Positions 1 to 13,508 of a DNA stretch of 64,000 nt are shown here, one piece after another. Numbering within the stretch: the first letter of the stretch is position 1; each line of letters begins with the position of its first letter. The stretch lies in the NCBI GenBank assembly GCA_951406725.2, contig OX597818.1, forward strand, positions 21,886,001 through 21,950,000, given 5' to 3'. The notes under the pieces were generated by a model. That model saw nothing but the letters and a program-made list of their open reading frames with translations. It did no database searches and was not told the origin of the DNA. Source of the DNA: Octopus vulgaris. Taxonomy: Eukaryota. Both the position numbers and the translations under genes were made by a program.

Positions 1-807
1 TAAAAAGAGCTATTGGACATGTGTAAACTCTGGACAAAAGAAAGTGTAGAAGTGATATATCATAAAAGTGAATGATTACTTGTCCAAAGAACTTGTGCAA
101 GAAACATGAAGGGGAAAATTATATGCCTCTGATTCTTTAAAAAGTGGGGTTGGAAGGAGGTTATTCAGACTGGTTGTTGAAGGCAGGCCGCCTAATTGTT
201 TACACCAGGATCTATTGCCCAAAACAAAGAAAATCAGTAAGGGAGATGGATAGTATTAAACAACAGCAGATAACTATGATCACTCTGAGGTTGCAAAGCC
301 ATAATCACAGCTCCAAGAATAGCCAGGGTGAAAGCAAATAGAATCACTTCATTCACAGAACCACTGGCACCTGGAGCCAATGAGACTTGGCTCTAGGATG
401 CTGAGGGATCTTAACTTTCAGCTCAATGCCAACCAGAAGTTACAGACAGCAGTTTCACCTCACAGTCTTGTACTAACAGGAAGATGGAGCTCTGGAAAAG
501 ATAGGAAACCGTCAGGGCACACACAAAAAGATTATGAGCCCAGACTGGAGGCAAATATAAAACTGGAAGTCTTTCATCAAAAATTTCCACTCTAGAGTGC
601 CTAAACTTTATAGTAATTTGAAGGATTAACCAAAGCCTGATCAAGTTGATGATAAACCTACAAGGGATAAAACAAATTTCATGCTGACTGAAGGAAGGAT
701 AAGGGCAAATTTTGGTTAGAGTGGGATATGTGGTGATCCCACCTTCCTTTTACTACAAGTGAAAGGAAAAGTGTATATGCATTTTATTAGCTTGCAATGC
801 TGACTTT

Positions 808-1343
808 GTGCCCCAAGGTTGTTTAGTTCCCTGCTTTCCTTTTTCTATACTTCAATTACCTTTTTTGCCTCTCTGTCCAGCAATGCCCACTCTTATACAG
901 ATGATACAACCTATCATTCCTCCCTAGTCCTCCCCAGTTCTGCATCATCTATATGCAATCTAGAGTACACACATCAAAGCTGTACTTAGATTACATCCAA
1001 AGAAAGGTCACTTGGTTGATTGGCATTAAATCAATAACAGGCATGACCCACAGGTATGCTGTCTCCTCTCTTTGTCTTTAGTATCATTATCACGGCCTCC
1101 ATTCCTTAGAATTGGCTTGTCTCTCCTGTTCAATCTTTTTTCCACATCTTATCACCAACTCCTCTAGCTCTGCACTAATCACCTTCCCACAACATCAGTC
1201 CTCTGGAATCTTCCCCCTACCAATTTCTGCAAGTGTTGATCTGCAACAGTTTTAAACATACAGCTTACTAGTTTTGGGAGGCCTGTGAAAGTCATGGGCA
1301 CTGTCCTTTCTTTCAGACTCACAACTTAAAAAAAACAAAAAAA
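808..1343 (+). mobile_element. Degraded CR1/L2-clade LINE, 3' part of RT ORF plus A-rich tail
   Basis: Translates with frameshifts to VPQG..L.PAFLFLYFNYL..SLSSNAHSYTDDTTYHSS (RT motifs GVPQG and YADD; YTDD at 894-905). After a deletion it reads LDYIQRKVTWLIG..HRYAVSSLCL*YHYHGLHSLELA, typical of CR1 C-termini. Ends in an A-rich tail at ~1326-1343. Confidence 0.8.
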
Positions 1344-2479
1344 CTCAAAAACCCCCTCCAAAAACTGAAAGAAGGGTGTTAGAGACCCACATCCCATACA
1401 CATTTTCTGAAAATCATCAATATTTTCCATCCAGAGATTTACGGGATTCCTCTGTAGTTTGATAGTGGTACTTTAAACTGAGTTTGTACAGTAGTGTTTT
1501 ATGGTTGAATCTGAAGTCATAAATCTGTGTGTAAGGTTTTTTGAATATATCTATACCACTCAAGATCTGTATGTAAGTTTTTTCCCTGTATTTTTAACTT
1601 TGTAAATTGATAACACAGTGCAGCAATAGTATTAATTACCTTTACCTATGTGGCTACCATGGCAAAACAAAGTCTTTTGTGTGCATTCTTTACATATCTT
1701 CATTCACCTTGTGTGCGCTATTGTAGTTAATAGGATAGGAAAATAGTTATATTCATAACTTCTTTCTGGTATACAATTCTAAGTTGGATAGAAGAATTAC
1801 TCATTCTTCTGCCTACATGTTTTTGTTATTTTAGATTCATCCATTTTTAGATATTCGCCATTGATTCATTTAGTCAAGACCTCCCTCATTTGCAATGTTT
1901 TCCACATATTTCTGTAATAAATAAATTTTAAAAGAGTGTAAGAGAAAACTGTCTTTTTTAAATTAAAAAAAAATTTTTATCCCTACAATCCTAACTATAG
2001 TTAAATTCTCAAGGAGAATTATCATATGTTATGACCTGTAATGTAGCACAGGCAAATCTCAAAACCTATTCTTGATTCGCTAATAATGGTCTCAAATTTT
2101 GGCACAAGGCCATTAATTTTAGGAAGAGGTTGGTTGGTACTTATTGTTAAGAACCTAGTATTCTTGTTGAAGCATTTATGAACCAGCAGAAATAGGCATG
2201 TTGTCTTTTTCCTTTCACCAACATGAATTAGTCTACATTTAACATTATTAAAGTAGTCCATGTGCAATCAATGGACAGTTATTTAAGAACTTCTTAAAAT
2301 GAATGTATAAAATGAATTTTTATCTTTTCTTTGTGGGAAGTTTGGCTCTTGCCTAGTCTCAGCTTTGTGTTTATTTTTTTACAATATAAGTGGGATTATT
2401 CTCCCACTAACAAACTACAACTAAGATATTGAGTGAATTAATTGTTTCTCTTGTCTATATTCAATTTTATCTGTGAGGT

Positions 2480-2620
2480 TACGAAACTTATTTTATTGTC
2501 CCCAAAAGCATGAAAGACAAAGCTGACCTCGGCAGAATTTGAACTCAGAATGCAAAATGCCAGAAGAATTGCCACTAACATTTTGTCTGGCACACAATTC
2601 TGCCAGCTTGCCATCTCGCC
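2480..2620 (-). mobile_element. SINE family A fragment (tRNA head, Deu/Nin-like core)
   Basis: Reverse complement of GGCGAGATGGCAAGCTGGCAGAAT...TTCTGAGTTCAAATTCTGCCGAGGTCAGCTTTGTCTTTCATGC matches the copy at 3214-3434. More eroded minus-strand copies lie at ~2080-2150 and 2640-3110. Confidence 0.75.
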
Positions 2621-3213
2621 GCTGCCACCGCCTGCCGCCGCAGCAGTGGCATTTGCTAGCACAGACTCAAGACTATACATTTTGGATGGGAGGGTTAAAT
2701 TTGATCCAAGATGGTTGTATAAAATCATTAAGTTGTTATTGTTGGGAAGTTTATGGTTAATTAAATTGACTACCAGTATTTAACTGGTGCTTATTTTATT
2801 GATTCTGGAAGGAATAAGTTTGAACTCAGAACTTAAAAAGATATAACTAAATGCCACACAAAGCATTTAATAAGCTGTTCTATCAATTCTACTAGCAAAA
2901 CAGTTACAATAATAATATAGATGCGTAGCTTTGGTATAAAGACACAACTTTGTTGTGGGAGGATGTATAGTCAAATGAATTGTGGGTAATTATTTTATCG
3001 GCTCTGGAATAAGGAAAGGCTAAGTCAGACCAAGTAGGGCTTGAATTTATGAATGATAAGGGATATAATTAGATACTGCAAGATATTTAGTGTAGCTTCC
3101 TCCAGTTTCTACTGCTCTTCATAATTTATTGTTATCTGCTTGTCATGACCTAAGTTTGCATGTTATGCTTATAACAATCATATCTACAATATGAAATAAT
3201 ATACACCAACCTG

Positions 3214-3434
3214 GGCAAAAAAGGCAACAAGCTGGCAGAAACATTAGCACACTGGGCAAAATGCTTAGCAGTATTTCATCTGTCTTTACGTTCTGGGTTC
3301 AAATTCTGCTGAGGTTGACTTTGCCTTTTATCCTTTTGGAGTCGACAAATTAAGTACCAGTTGTGTACTGGGGTTGTTCTAATTGACTGGCCCCTTCCCT
3401 AAAAATTTCGGGCCTTGTGCCTAGAATAGAAAAG
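3214..3434 (+). mobile_element. SINE family A, full length, with 16-bp TSD
   Basis: A-box-like AGCTGGCAGAAAC, B-box GGGTTCAAATTC, core GAGGTTGACTTTGCCTTTTATCCTTTTGGAGTCGACAAATTAAGTACC. Direct repeat AATATACACCAACCTG at 3198-3213 and 3435-3450. Confidence 0.9.
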
Positions 3435-5249
3435 AATATACACCAACCTGATTTGTCTTCAGCTCATCCCTAAGATAAAGATATACCTAAATTTGAATTT
3501 ATTACTTTCAAGTTTTATAAAGGCTCCTCTGTTTTCTGTTTTGCACCATCTATTAGAAATAGTAGCTAAATCTGTCTTAAATCACATTAGAAGAGAACAT
3601 CTGATAATGTAATCATAGATACACTGTTAGAATAAATGCTTAACCTGGGTCTAATTAACAATGATAGCTTTATGACTTCTACATACATCTTGAATAAGTG
3701 GAAACTTAAAGTGTAAAGATTCTTTCATTGGCTTGTACTTAGATCTGTTATTAATTCTAGAGTTAACTACAGTATTTAGTTTCATTCATTTGCAATTTTT
3801 GTTCCCATATAACTTGGACATGCTGTGTTTCAATATCTATACAAATGATAAAATAACTACCAGTATATACTAGGTATACCAGTTTAGTTGTCTGTACTTC
3901 TTACCTTACAAAAACAGTTTGATGTATGAACAAGAAATAAAGAAAGAATAAAAGAATAAGAAGTGTCTTTCAAAGCAGCATTGAGTTTCACTGAAGTATA
4001 TGAAATGACTGACAGAAAGAATTACTATTCCTTAAATTATTCACTCCCACACTTCTTAGAATCGTGTAGTTGGTATTTTGGGTGATAATTTTAATGGTAG
4101 GTTCTCCAACTCAATATCATATATTTTCATTTCTTTAAAATGCTGAAAAATCACTTAAGCCATCAACAAATATTTTAGTGTCCATATTTCATTTATATTT
4201 TGTAAGAAGAAAGTCAATAACCATCAAAATTCATAACATGAAGTGGTGTTATATGTGGAAAACATTTTTATAAGAGTTTTTTTAAACACTATTTTAGAAC
4301 AATGCCTTTGTTTTATAAACATTGTTTTATTTTGTTGTTGTTCTTTCATTATATTTCATTAATTTTCTATTCTATCTTTTGTGTAATAGCTTTAGTGAAT
4401 TTGAGAATTTGTGTATTAATGGGGGGAACTGATTTTATTACTGAATATCTGTCTCTTCCTACTTGTCACAAGGAGCAGAAGCTCTTAGTTGAACTGGGAC
4501 ACAGTATAAGTGGCTATTGCAGAAGTTAATACTTAAGACTCATGTAAGCCAGCAAAAGTGATTTTAATCTCAATATTCTTGCTTAAGAAAGATGAATGTT
4601 TTAAATAGATTTTTAACGAATTGAACACTATGAAAATTTTTCTCTGCTTCCAAAGAAAACTCTCTTAGATAAACATAAATAAATATGTAAGTTATTGTTA
4701 TATATTCAATGTATGGCGCATTAAAAGATTAACTAGAAATAAATATATGGTGAGGGATAAAGATGATAAAAGTCAATGATGAGTATTGTTTTCATTTTCT
4801 TGTAAGTACCAAAGAAAATTTTATACAGGTTGGGCCTTATCATTGTAGCATAGCCTTTGTACTTGCTGAAATGGTGCTGAATGAACTGCTTAATGTGTAC
4901 GAGATGATACATTTAATTGTTTAGATGCTAAATAATTTGGTGATCATCAGCATTAATAAAACATTTTGATTGGGAATCAAAGAAGGAGCATACATAATAA
5001 CTCAATCTGCAAAAAGTATTGGCCAAATCTTTTACAAAGCACACCATCAACATCCTATCTTTAATTAGAAAAACAAATAATCAAAGTATGTAGTCAGTCC
5101 AACATTTCCTGAAGAAGATGGATGGTCATGGATTTTTTTTTAATATTTTTGATTTACAAGTCTGCTTGGTCAGGGTTGACCTAAAGTTAAACTACAACAG
5201 TCATAACAACATTGTGATCACCATTACTGGGAAGAAATCAATTTCTGTT

Positions 5250-5640
5250 ATGAAACACACTTTGCAACCATGTGATTTCTTGTTCAGTCTCATTGTGCTA
5301 CACTTTGGGCAAGTGTCTTTTACTATAGCTCCAGGTTAACCAGTGTGTGTTATTTTGGTAGGCAGAAACCCTCTGTGTGTGTGTGTGTGTGTGTGCATGT
5401 TTGTATGTATGTGTTTCTTTGTGTTTGCCCCTCACACACACACAGAGCTTTACTACAGGTGTTGGTTTGTTTACATCCTCATAACATTGTGGCTCAGGAA
5501 ACGAGACTGATAGACTCAGTACCAGACTTTAAAAATAAGTACTGGTGTCAATTTGCTCAACTAAACCCTTCAAGGTAATGCTCCAGCATGGCCACAGTTC
5601 AATGATTAAAGCAATTAAAAGATTAAAAAGATAAAAAACA
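5250..5640 (+). mobile_element. SINE family B, eroded copy
   Basis: CTTTGGGCAAGTGTCTT core, internal (GT)n and tail GGTAATGCTCCAGCATGGCCACAGTTCAATGATTAAAGC-A-rich; colinear with the 40775-41217 copy. Confidence 0.75.
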
Positions 5641-8600
5641 GCATGAAACTAAGATTGTTCCCTTTTCCAGTCTATTTTTCTTTTCTGATAAAAGGTAAAA
5701 TAAAGTTCTGGCAGAGAAGAATATATTTCTCACACAATTTATAACAATTTTTCATCCTTTTTGTTAAGATGGTAGCTAAACTGTGACATCAAAATGACTG
5801 TTTCCATTTATATGAGGAAGTTTCTGCTTTGCTGTTCAATGCTCTGCTGACTCATTATTATGACATTATCATATATTTACTCCTTTTCTCTTAAGTTCTC
5901 TCTCTCTAACACATGTACTAGTCTTACATATCTTAATTTAAACTTTTTAGAACTATATATAGGAAGATGATATCTCTCAATTGCATGTTTAGGTTAACAT
6001 GGCTTTCATTTTTTCCTACTTCATTGTTTTGCTAACTATATACAGCTTACGATATTGTTCACTGTAATGAGACACCTATTTCTCTCACTCTCTCTCTCTC
6101 TCTCACTCACACACACACACACTATTTAGCCAATGTAGGATGTGTATGTTGCCACTTGACCACTTACAAATATGGTAGCCAAATTTTCTCCAATCCGCAC
6201 ATGACCACTTTTGTTTTTTAAAAGGAGACTAGATCATATGTTCTTTGAAAAACTGCATCTGAAAAGCAAAAATTATTGGCTGACTACAACTTTGATCAGA
6301 GGTTTGTTGATCAGAGTGCTGACCTGTGGTTAAATAATAATACATTTACTATACACTCACACACATACATTCACTACATATACATTCACTTCACACTCAC
6401 CTGTATTCATCCACATCACTTATATGCACTAAATACAAGCATTGATTTGATAGTGATGTATTCACTGTGCACTGATACATTCACTACTAACATGTGCATA
6501 TGCATTTACACACACACACACACACACACACACTTGTATTCACTAAATGTTAGGATATGATTGTAGGAAGATTTAAATACTATTTCTAGCATGTCAAGCA
6601 GCCACATAAACATTTTGTAAGTAGATTGCTGCTCAAGCAAATACCTAAAAACCACTTCAGCTGCTATTCCAGGCATGATCCTCATGTCTTTTGGTATATC
6701 AGCAATTACTTATGTCTATAGTTGATCTCTGATGATGATGATATTTGTGTGATTCTCTCTGAATGCTTACATTATTTTCTACTCTCTCTCTCTCTCTCTA
6801 TCATCATCATCAAAAAGAGATTATTTTTCTCAGTTGAGATAAGGAACAAATTTTTGTCTGTTTTAAGGATACAGAGCCTAAAATATACTACAAGTGATTT
6901 TAGGCAAGAGTCAAAATATTTTATTGCAACAATGTACAGGATTTTGCTAAAATCACAGAACTTACAAATATTAATGCAAATTGTGGACTTTAATATTATC
7001 TACCATCATCATTCCTGTGTCTGCTCCCAATGATGGCATGGTTTGAATGGGTTGTCACAGTCCATATTATTAATAATTCCTATCAAGAGCTACTGTTGTC
7101 AAGGCTGGAGGATCATGCATTTAATTTTTGATTTGAATTGTACAGTTAGATACTTTTCCCTTCACTAACTACTTTACAAAGTGTACTAGATGCATTTTAT
7201 TGTGACACCAACACTAAAGAGGTTGTTATGTTCTAAGCAAGACAAAGCTAAAATGTCTTCAAAGCCCTGTTTTCTCTGCATCTTTGTCAACCCCTTTACA
7301 CAGTGTACTGAGTGTCCTAACAGAATTGTTGGGGTTACTAGCACAAGAAGATTTCCTTGCACACATAAGAGCAAAGAGTACTTGCTGTGCTAAGTTGTGT
7401 TCATTCACTCAGGGCAGCAATGATAGGGGGAAAAAAGCCAGGATGGATGAGTGAAGGAAGTAAGTGCATGATAGTAGTAGCAAAGTGACTGAGGTGAGAA
7501 GGAGAGAGAGAGAGATAGAGAGATTAATCACTGGTAGTACAGAAATAGTGAAAGAAGAGTGTATTGGGTACAAACAGATCTGATGCAGTCTCTTGTACAT
7601 AGGTCTCTAGATGGGCAAGAGTGGTAAAATATTATTCTACCTCTCAGGTTCCATCACCACCTTTACTTTATAATGTTCACTTTGTTGTGCTTGCTCAAGT
7701 GGTGGGCCTTCTCCATGGTAATCTTCTCCAGTACTATGTATCACCAATCAACACATACCTTTCTTTGTCACATGCAACATTTTGAGAACAGTTTTTACTG
7801 TTCTCAAATTTAAAAGTCTTTTAAAAGAATATTTGTATAGTATTCAAATACAAGGGGTATTTTCCTTGTTTCTGCCTAAGGAGACTGAGAAAAACTTGAG
7901 ACAATTTAGTAAAAACTGTATTTATAGTCTATGTTCCTTATCATGACGAAATTTTAAATATAAGTTTTTAAAGATAAGAAACAGACTATTTTGTTTCTTA
8001 AGTTTACATTTTGAAATTTTTAAGTCTGAAAATTTTATTTACACGGAAGATTAGATAGGGAAACTAAATCTGCAGGTGTTTGTGCATTCAGTAAGTAATA
8101 CTTGAAAAGGATATATCTACTAACTGCTAATTGCGTATAAGAAACATGCCTGGGTTGTGGTGGTGGTGATAATGGTAGTAGTCATAGTGGCACAGTTGTT
8201 TTTGTTGCTCTTGATGATGACTATGATTATGCTCATTTTGATAATGACCATTGTATTAGTTCTTATAGTAATGATGGTGGTAACAAAGATTTATGATGAT
8301 GATGGTGGTGGTGGTACCAGTGATGTAATCAGAGAACTTGTGTTGAGTCTAGTGTAGGGAATGTGATAGGAAGACAAGGTGGTGATGTTGATAATGACAG
8401 CAAGCAGAGGTGCTAATATCAGTAGTGATGATGATAATGATGGTGTATGGAATGATGAAGTACTGATAGGGATGGGGTAAGGAAATAGAGGAATAGTAAT
8501 TGGTAATAAAGGCATTGACGTTAGTGATGGTGATAACAATTATGATGATGATGATGATTAAATGATGACATCAATGATGACAAGAGTAAAGAGAATTAAT

Positions 8601-10776
8601 TCATTTCAGGATAGAAATGCTTTTATATGCTGGTTAACAGTAACATCTTTATTTTATTTATGTATCTTATCTTTCATTTGAGCACTATTGATTGTGTGTG
8701 TGTGTGTTTAATACATATACATACAAACACACACATACACACAATCATATATATATATATATAAAAATATTTATTTATATGTTAGTACATGTACTATGTG
8801 TATTTGTGTAAAACCCATGCCAGCTTGGGAAGTAGATGTAAAATGGTGATATGCACAAACATACATGCATGCACACAGATTATGTAGTGATTTTACATTA
8901 TGTAAAGTGGTAAACAATATTGCATTGTGCATATGCATATAGTTCACTCTACTCTGAGCAATTATACACTCACATGTACTTCCATTACGGAAGAGAGTGT
9001 AAAGGAACAGGCAAAAACATATTCAATATCAAAATGGTGTGAACTAGTTTATTTAGGCTGATCCCACAGCTTGTTACACTAGGTTTCCCTGATGTATGGT
9101 CAGTTTTCTAGGCTGGAAATATATGGACAATAGGTAAAGTGTATACAAGAGAAGAGCTATCATTTACAAGCCTTACCCTTTTCTTCTTCCCTAGTCTTTT
9201 TTCTTTCCTTTCTTCCTTATTCTTTTCTCTTTCTTCAATGATGTTTGGTAAGTTTGTAAATGTGGATTTTGGTCTTTCTATTATTCACCCATGTTTCTCT
9301 TCAGTACCATCTCTACTCCCACCAATTCTATCAATTGCTGATTTTGTGGCTAACTGCTCTATTTGTATGTGTCCTTGTATGTGTATACCTGCCTGTGTGT
9401 ATATGTGTGTATGAATTTGATTATGGGAGAAAAAATTATACACTTAGTTAACTCATGGATGGGCCAATCCACCTATTTGTAAATAGGTTCCTCAGAACTG
9501 GGACGACTGCCCATTTTAAGCAATGACAGCTCTGTGAAATCAACAAGTGTAGCACTGAGTTCAGCTGTATTCCCATGACCCTGTAGAAGGTAACTGGAAA
9601 TCTCTCCATTACATTATTACCTAGAATCAGTATCTGAAGACTTATTCTCCTGTGTACCTAAACAATGTAATTCTCTGATAATAAATATTATTTCCAATCT
9701 TAAATTATATATCACTCGAGTTTGCTTTGCTTCTCATCTTGCCAGGGTTAATATAAAAAAATATCAGTAAGGTACCAGAGTCAATTCTGTTAACTTTATA
9801 TATCCACTCCCCTATAATATTATGGTCGTATGTCAAGGGTAAAAAAAAAATCAACATTCTGTCAAGCCAATGAGGGAGTCCTACACAGTCAACAAACAAT
9901 AAAAGAAGGTTTCTACATGATTGCTTGACCTACCAGAAATAGCAATCAAATTTCCTGTTAGTCACTTTTTACCATCTTAAAAATGAAAAAGCAGCGTTTA
10001 CATATTGGATGATTATAGCATATCATATGGCATACTTGTAACATCAATAAAAACAACGGTCAAAATTAGATAGTTTATGTTATAATCTCTTTGCATAAAT
10101 GACAATCATTTTGAAATATGATTCCAGTCAGCTTCCTCATTGTTGTCACCATAACTATCAGACCACCACCTCCATTACTCTTGGCACCATTACAAGTCAT
10201 CTGAGTGCACGTAGTGTAATATTTAATTATGATTGTCATGTTTATTATATATATAGCCTACATAATACGGTTCTTTAACCTTCTCACTGAACATAATAAG
10301 TAGAAAAAGAAGAAAGTTTTTTGCCTTTTATTGTGTGTGATAAAGTATTCTTTGATATAGAGCAGCAAAGAAACAGACTTTCTCCACTCTACCATCATGT
10401 AATCAACACTAGGTGATTCCCTCTTGTAGCAACTTTACCTTCACTAACAAAATTTTTGCTCTTGGGGAAAGGATTAATATTCCTGCAACCCTTTATCATT
10501 TTGCTATATGTAGTCCAGGTGTCTCTATAATAAATATAATTAATCAATTTAGTGAAAGCCTAATGATTGAGTAAATTTAGCTGTTAATACATCTTGTTTA
10601 GAAATAATGGTTACAAGTTTAAATCCAGCCTAGAATAATCTATGTACTCAGGGTTGAAGAATATCAGAAACACAAAAGATGAGATTAATAATGTGGAGAA
10701 ACTTTAAAAATACCTTTATCAGTCACATCCACACTTGTTGGTACCCTTAGCATGTGTTAGTTCATGTGTGTGTGTA

Positions 10777-11142
10777 TTATTTATACAATGCAATATCATA
10801 GTCCCATTTCTGCTTATTCTCTATGGGTTTCATTCATGAGAGTTTAGTTTTAAAAAAATAACCAACAAAAAAACACCTAATCTTGGCATTCATCAGAGGG
10901 GCCAGCAGGAAAAGTATGGCTTAGGCACTTTGCCACAGGCAGTCAGAAAGTTTCCCATCCTGTTTGTGGGAGACACCTACAAACAGGATGTGGCATTTTC
11001 TAACCTCTACAAAGAGCCCATACCATACTTTTTCTGTTAGTCCTGCTGATGTGTGCTGAGATTGGTTTTTCCAAATTCTGGTGTAGAAAGCTGATTGGTA
11101 AATCAGCTGAAATGGGACTACAATATTGTATTGTATAAATAA
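10777..11142. mobile_element. Foldback/MITE-like palindromic element
   Basis: ~42-bp terminal inverted repeats (TTATTTATACAATGCAATATCATAGTCCCATTTC.. / ..GAAATGGGACTACAATATTGTATTGTATAAATAA). Further internal inverted blocks and a central hairpin CATCCTGTTTGT..ACAAACAGGATG at ~10956-10990. Confidence 0.75.
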
Positions 11143-11160
11143 TTAATATACCCACTCTAT

Positions 11161-11274
11161 TGTCTGACTATATGTGTATGTGCATATATGTATGTAAGCT
11201 AGTCTCATTCCCAAACATTAATCACCACAATGTTATTTATCAACTCTGTAAATCCTAGCACAAATTTGTGTATG
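11161..11274 (+). repeat. Local dispersed duplication (second copy at 15457-15571)
   Basis: TGTCTGACTATATGTGT..TATGTAAGCT(A/G)GTCTCATTCCC..CTGTAAATCCTAGC..ATTTGTGTATG occurs at both loci. Confidence 0.8.
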
Positions 11275-12530
11275 AGTGATATATATCTGAGGATTGGAAA
11301 TGTAGAAACAGTAGGTGTTACTTGGAAAGTTTCAGCTTCAAAATAAAATGTTGTCTAAAAGTTGTAATCATAACCATGTGGTCATGAATTCTGAGTCTCT
11401 TCTACTATATCCTCTGTTTGATCAATACATCATGCATGTAACTTAGTTGATGGAAACTGTGCAAAAGCTCATCATATGGTAAGTTTGACATAACACTGCT
11501 GATTAAAACTGGTGGGTTGTCAAAAAAGTTTATTTAAGCATTCCATAAATGTAGATTGATAAACTAAGTGCCAGACAGAAATAGTACAAGAATTGGCAGC
11601 AGGAAGGGCATCTGGCTGTAAAAAATTTGCTGTAGCTAATTCCATTTGACTCCTGCAAGCATGGGAAAGTAGACATTAAAATGATAATGATGATGTGGTT
11701 AGTATGATTGACTAAAACCCCAGTATGGGCCCCCAGCATGGCCAAAGTCCAGTGGCTGAAACTAGTAAAATAATAAAAATACATTCACTAAATATGTAAC
11801 AATCTTCATTCTTACTTGAAGATATGTCCTTCAAAACTTCAACATGTTTGCCTCTATATTTACCCTACTTATGATATATTTATTGGGACAAGGTAAATAA
11901 TAGCAGTTTCTTTTTTGTACTTATTTTTCAATTTCTTTCTCTTCTTTTCTCTTTAATCTCAAACCTTAACAACTGAGATTAAAAAGCAATCCTCCACTTA
12001 ACAGGATCTATATTTGAGTGAATCATAAAAACTACTTTTCTTTGAAATAATAATACAGAGATATAATATAAATGATAATAATAAAGGAGATATTGTATTT
12101 GAACCTCAATAAAGTAACATCTTATTGCTCCACTCACTTGTAAAATACAGCTGGGCCATTTTCTATACTTCTCATAAATTAATTGTTTACTGTTATGCTG
12201 TGTATTCTTTTATTGAAGCTTATTCTTTACTCCATCATTTTTTGTGATAATACTAATGATAATAGTAGTATAAGAGATATCACATTTGTATCCTGACAAC
12301 CGATTTGGTGATTATTTTGTTGCTTTAGAACAAAATAAAAAAAATTAAGAAGTATGTATCCCCTCTGTAGTAAAAGATTATGTTTGTCCCTCCCTCTATC
12401 ATACTTTAGCCATCAACTCTTGGCATAGGCTGCCTCCCTTCCTTGAATATGCCCCACACTTAGTAGCAAAAGTTTTTCCTTTTTCTCTGTCCTTTCTTTT
12501 TTTTTTTTTTACTATTTTGCTAGTTACTTA

Positions 12531-12713
12531 GACAACCTTGCTAGTGCTGGTAGCATGAATAAAAGCACCCAGTGCACACTACAATGTGGTTGGCATTAGC
12601 AAGGGCATCCAACCATAGAAACTATGCCAAAGCTGACACTGGAGCTTGGAGTAGACTTATGGCTTGCTGGATCCAGTAGGGAAAATGGATGTTAAATGAT
12701 GATAATAATGATG
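12531..12713 (+). mobile_element. RTE-LINE 3'-tail fragment
   Basis: GGTTGGCATTAGCAAGGGCATCCAACCATAGAAAC..GGATGTTAAATGATGAT matches the 3' end of the RTE at 23216-24755. Similar pieces at ~11590-11695 and 17890-17985. Confidence 0.75.
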
Positions 12714-13086
12714 TTGAAAAACAAACCAGGAAGTGAGAAAAAATGTCATATCTTAATATGGCACGAAACTCAAGTTATAGATTTTTGAAATTATTTTGTT
12801 TTGTAGAATAATAGTTGGGGTTGGAGGAAATAGCAAAGAGTTCATAACAACCATTGCATCACATATACTTGTATCCTATTTGCTTCAGTTTATCCAGCAT
12901 CACCTTTCACATTCTTGTAGTGATTGAGAAAACAAGTATCAGTATTACGCAGTTTCAACTGGAAACTGTATCTGAACTTTCAATTCTATTCATCCAGAAC
13001 TTAATACCACCCACACTGAATGTCATGCTAGATGCTATACTTACATATACTATTTGTCATCCCCTATCTATTCTTAGTTTATATTA

Positions 13087-13508
13087 TTAATCCTTTTGAT
13101 ATCAAATCACCTGAAGCCACCCGTAGATCTCTGATATGAATTTCTTTCTAACTAAAATTCCCTGTACCAAATGCCTGTTTAATAATGGTTTCAAATTTTG
13201 GCACAAGGCCAACAAGTTGGGGGAGGGGTAAGTCAGTTTCACCGACTCCAATACTCAACTGGCACTTATTTTATTGACCCCGATAGTATAAAAGGCAAAG
13301 TCAACTGTGGCAGAATTTGAACTCAGAACATAAAGACAAATGAAAAGCTGCTAAGTATTTCATCTGGTATGCTAACGATTCTGCCAGGTCACCATCTTAA
13401 ATGCCTGTTTAATAATGACAGTTATTTCAATTAATTTTTTATTCTTTTCAAGATGAATTGAAATAAAGGTAGTGCAGTGCAATAAAAATATGGTAACCAA
13501 ATGGTTAA
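13087..13508. mobile_element. Possible TTAA-flanked (piggyBac-like) MITE hosting a SINE
   Basis: TTAA-TCCTTTTGATATC ... GGTAACCAAATGG-TTAA are degenerate inverted ends; the element is interrupted by the SINE at 13188-13398. Confidence 0.4.
13188..13398 (-). mobile_element. SINE family A, full length, with 19-bp TSD
   Basis: Reverse-complement match to 3214-3434. Direct repeat AAATGCCTGTTTAATAATG at 13169-13187 and 13399-13417. Confidence 0.9.

Noticed and set aside
2438-2783. ORFs with poly-Ala/Pro
   Set aside because: Derived from SINE A fragments and a short GCC triplet run.
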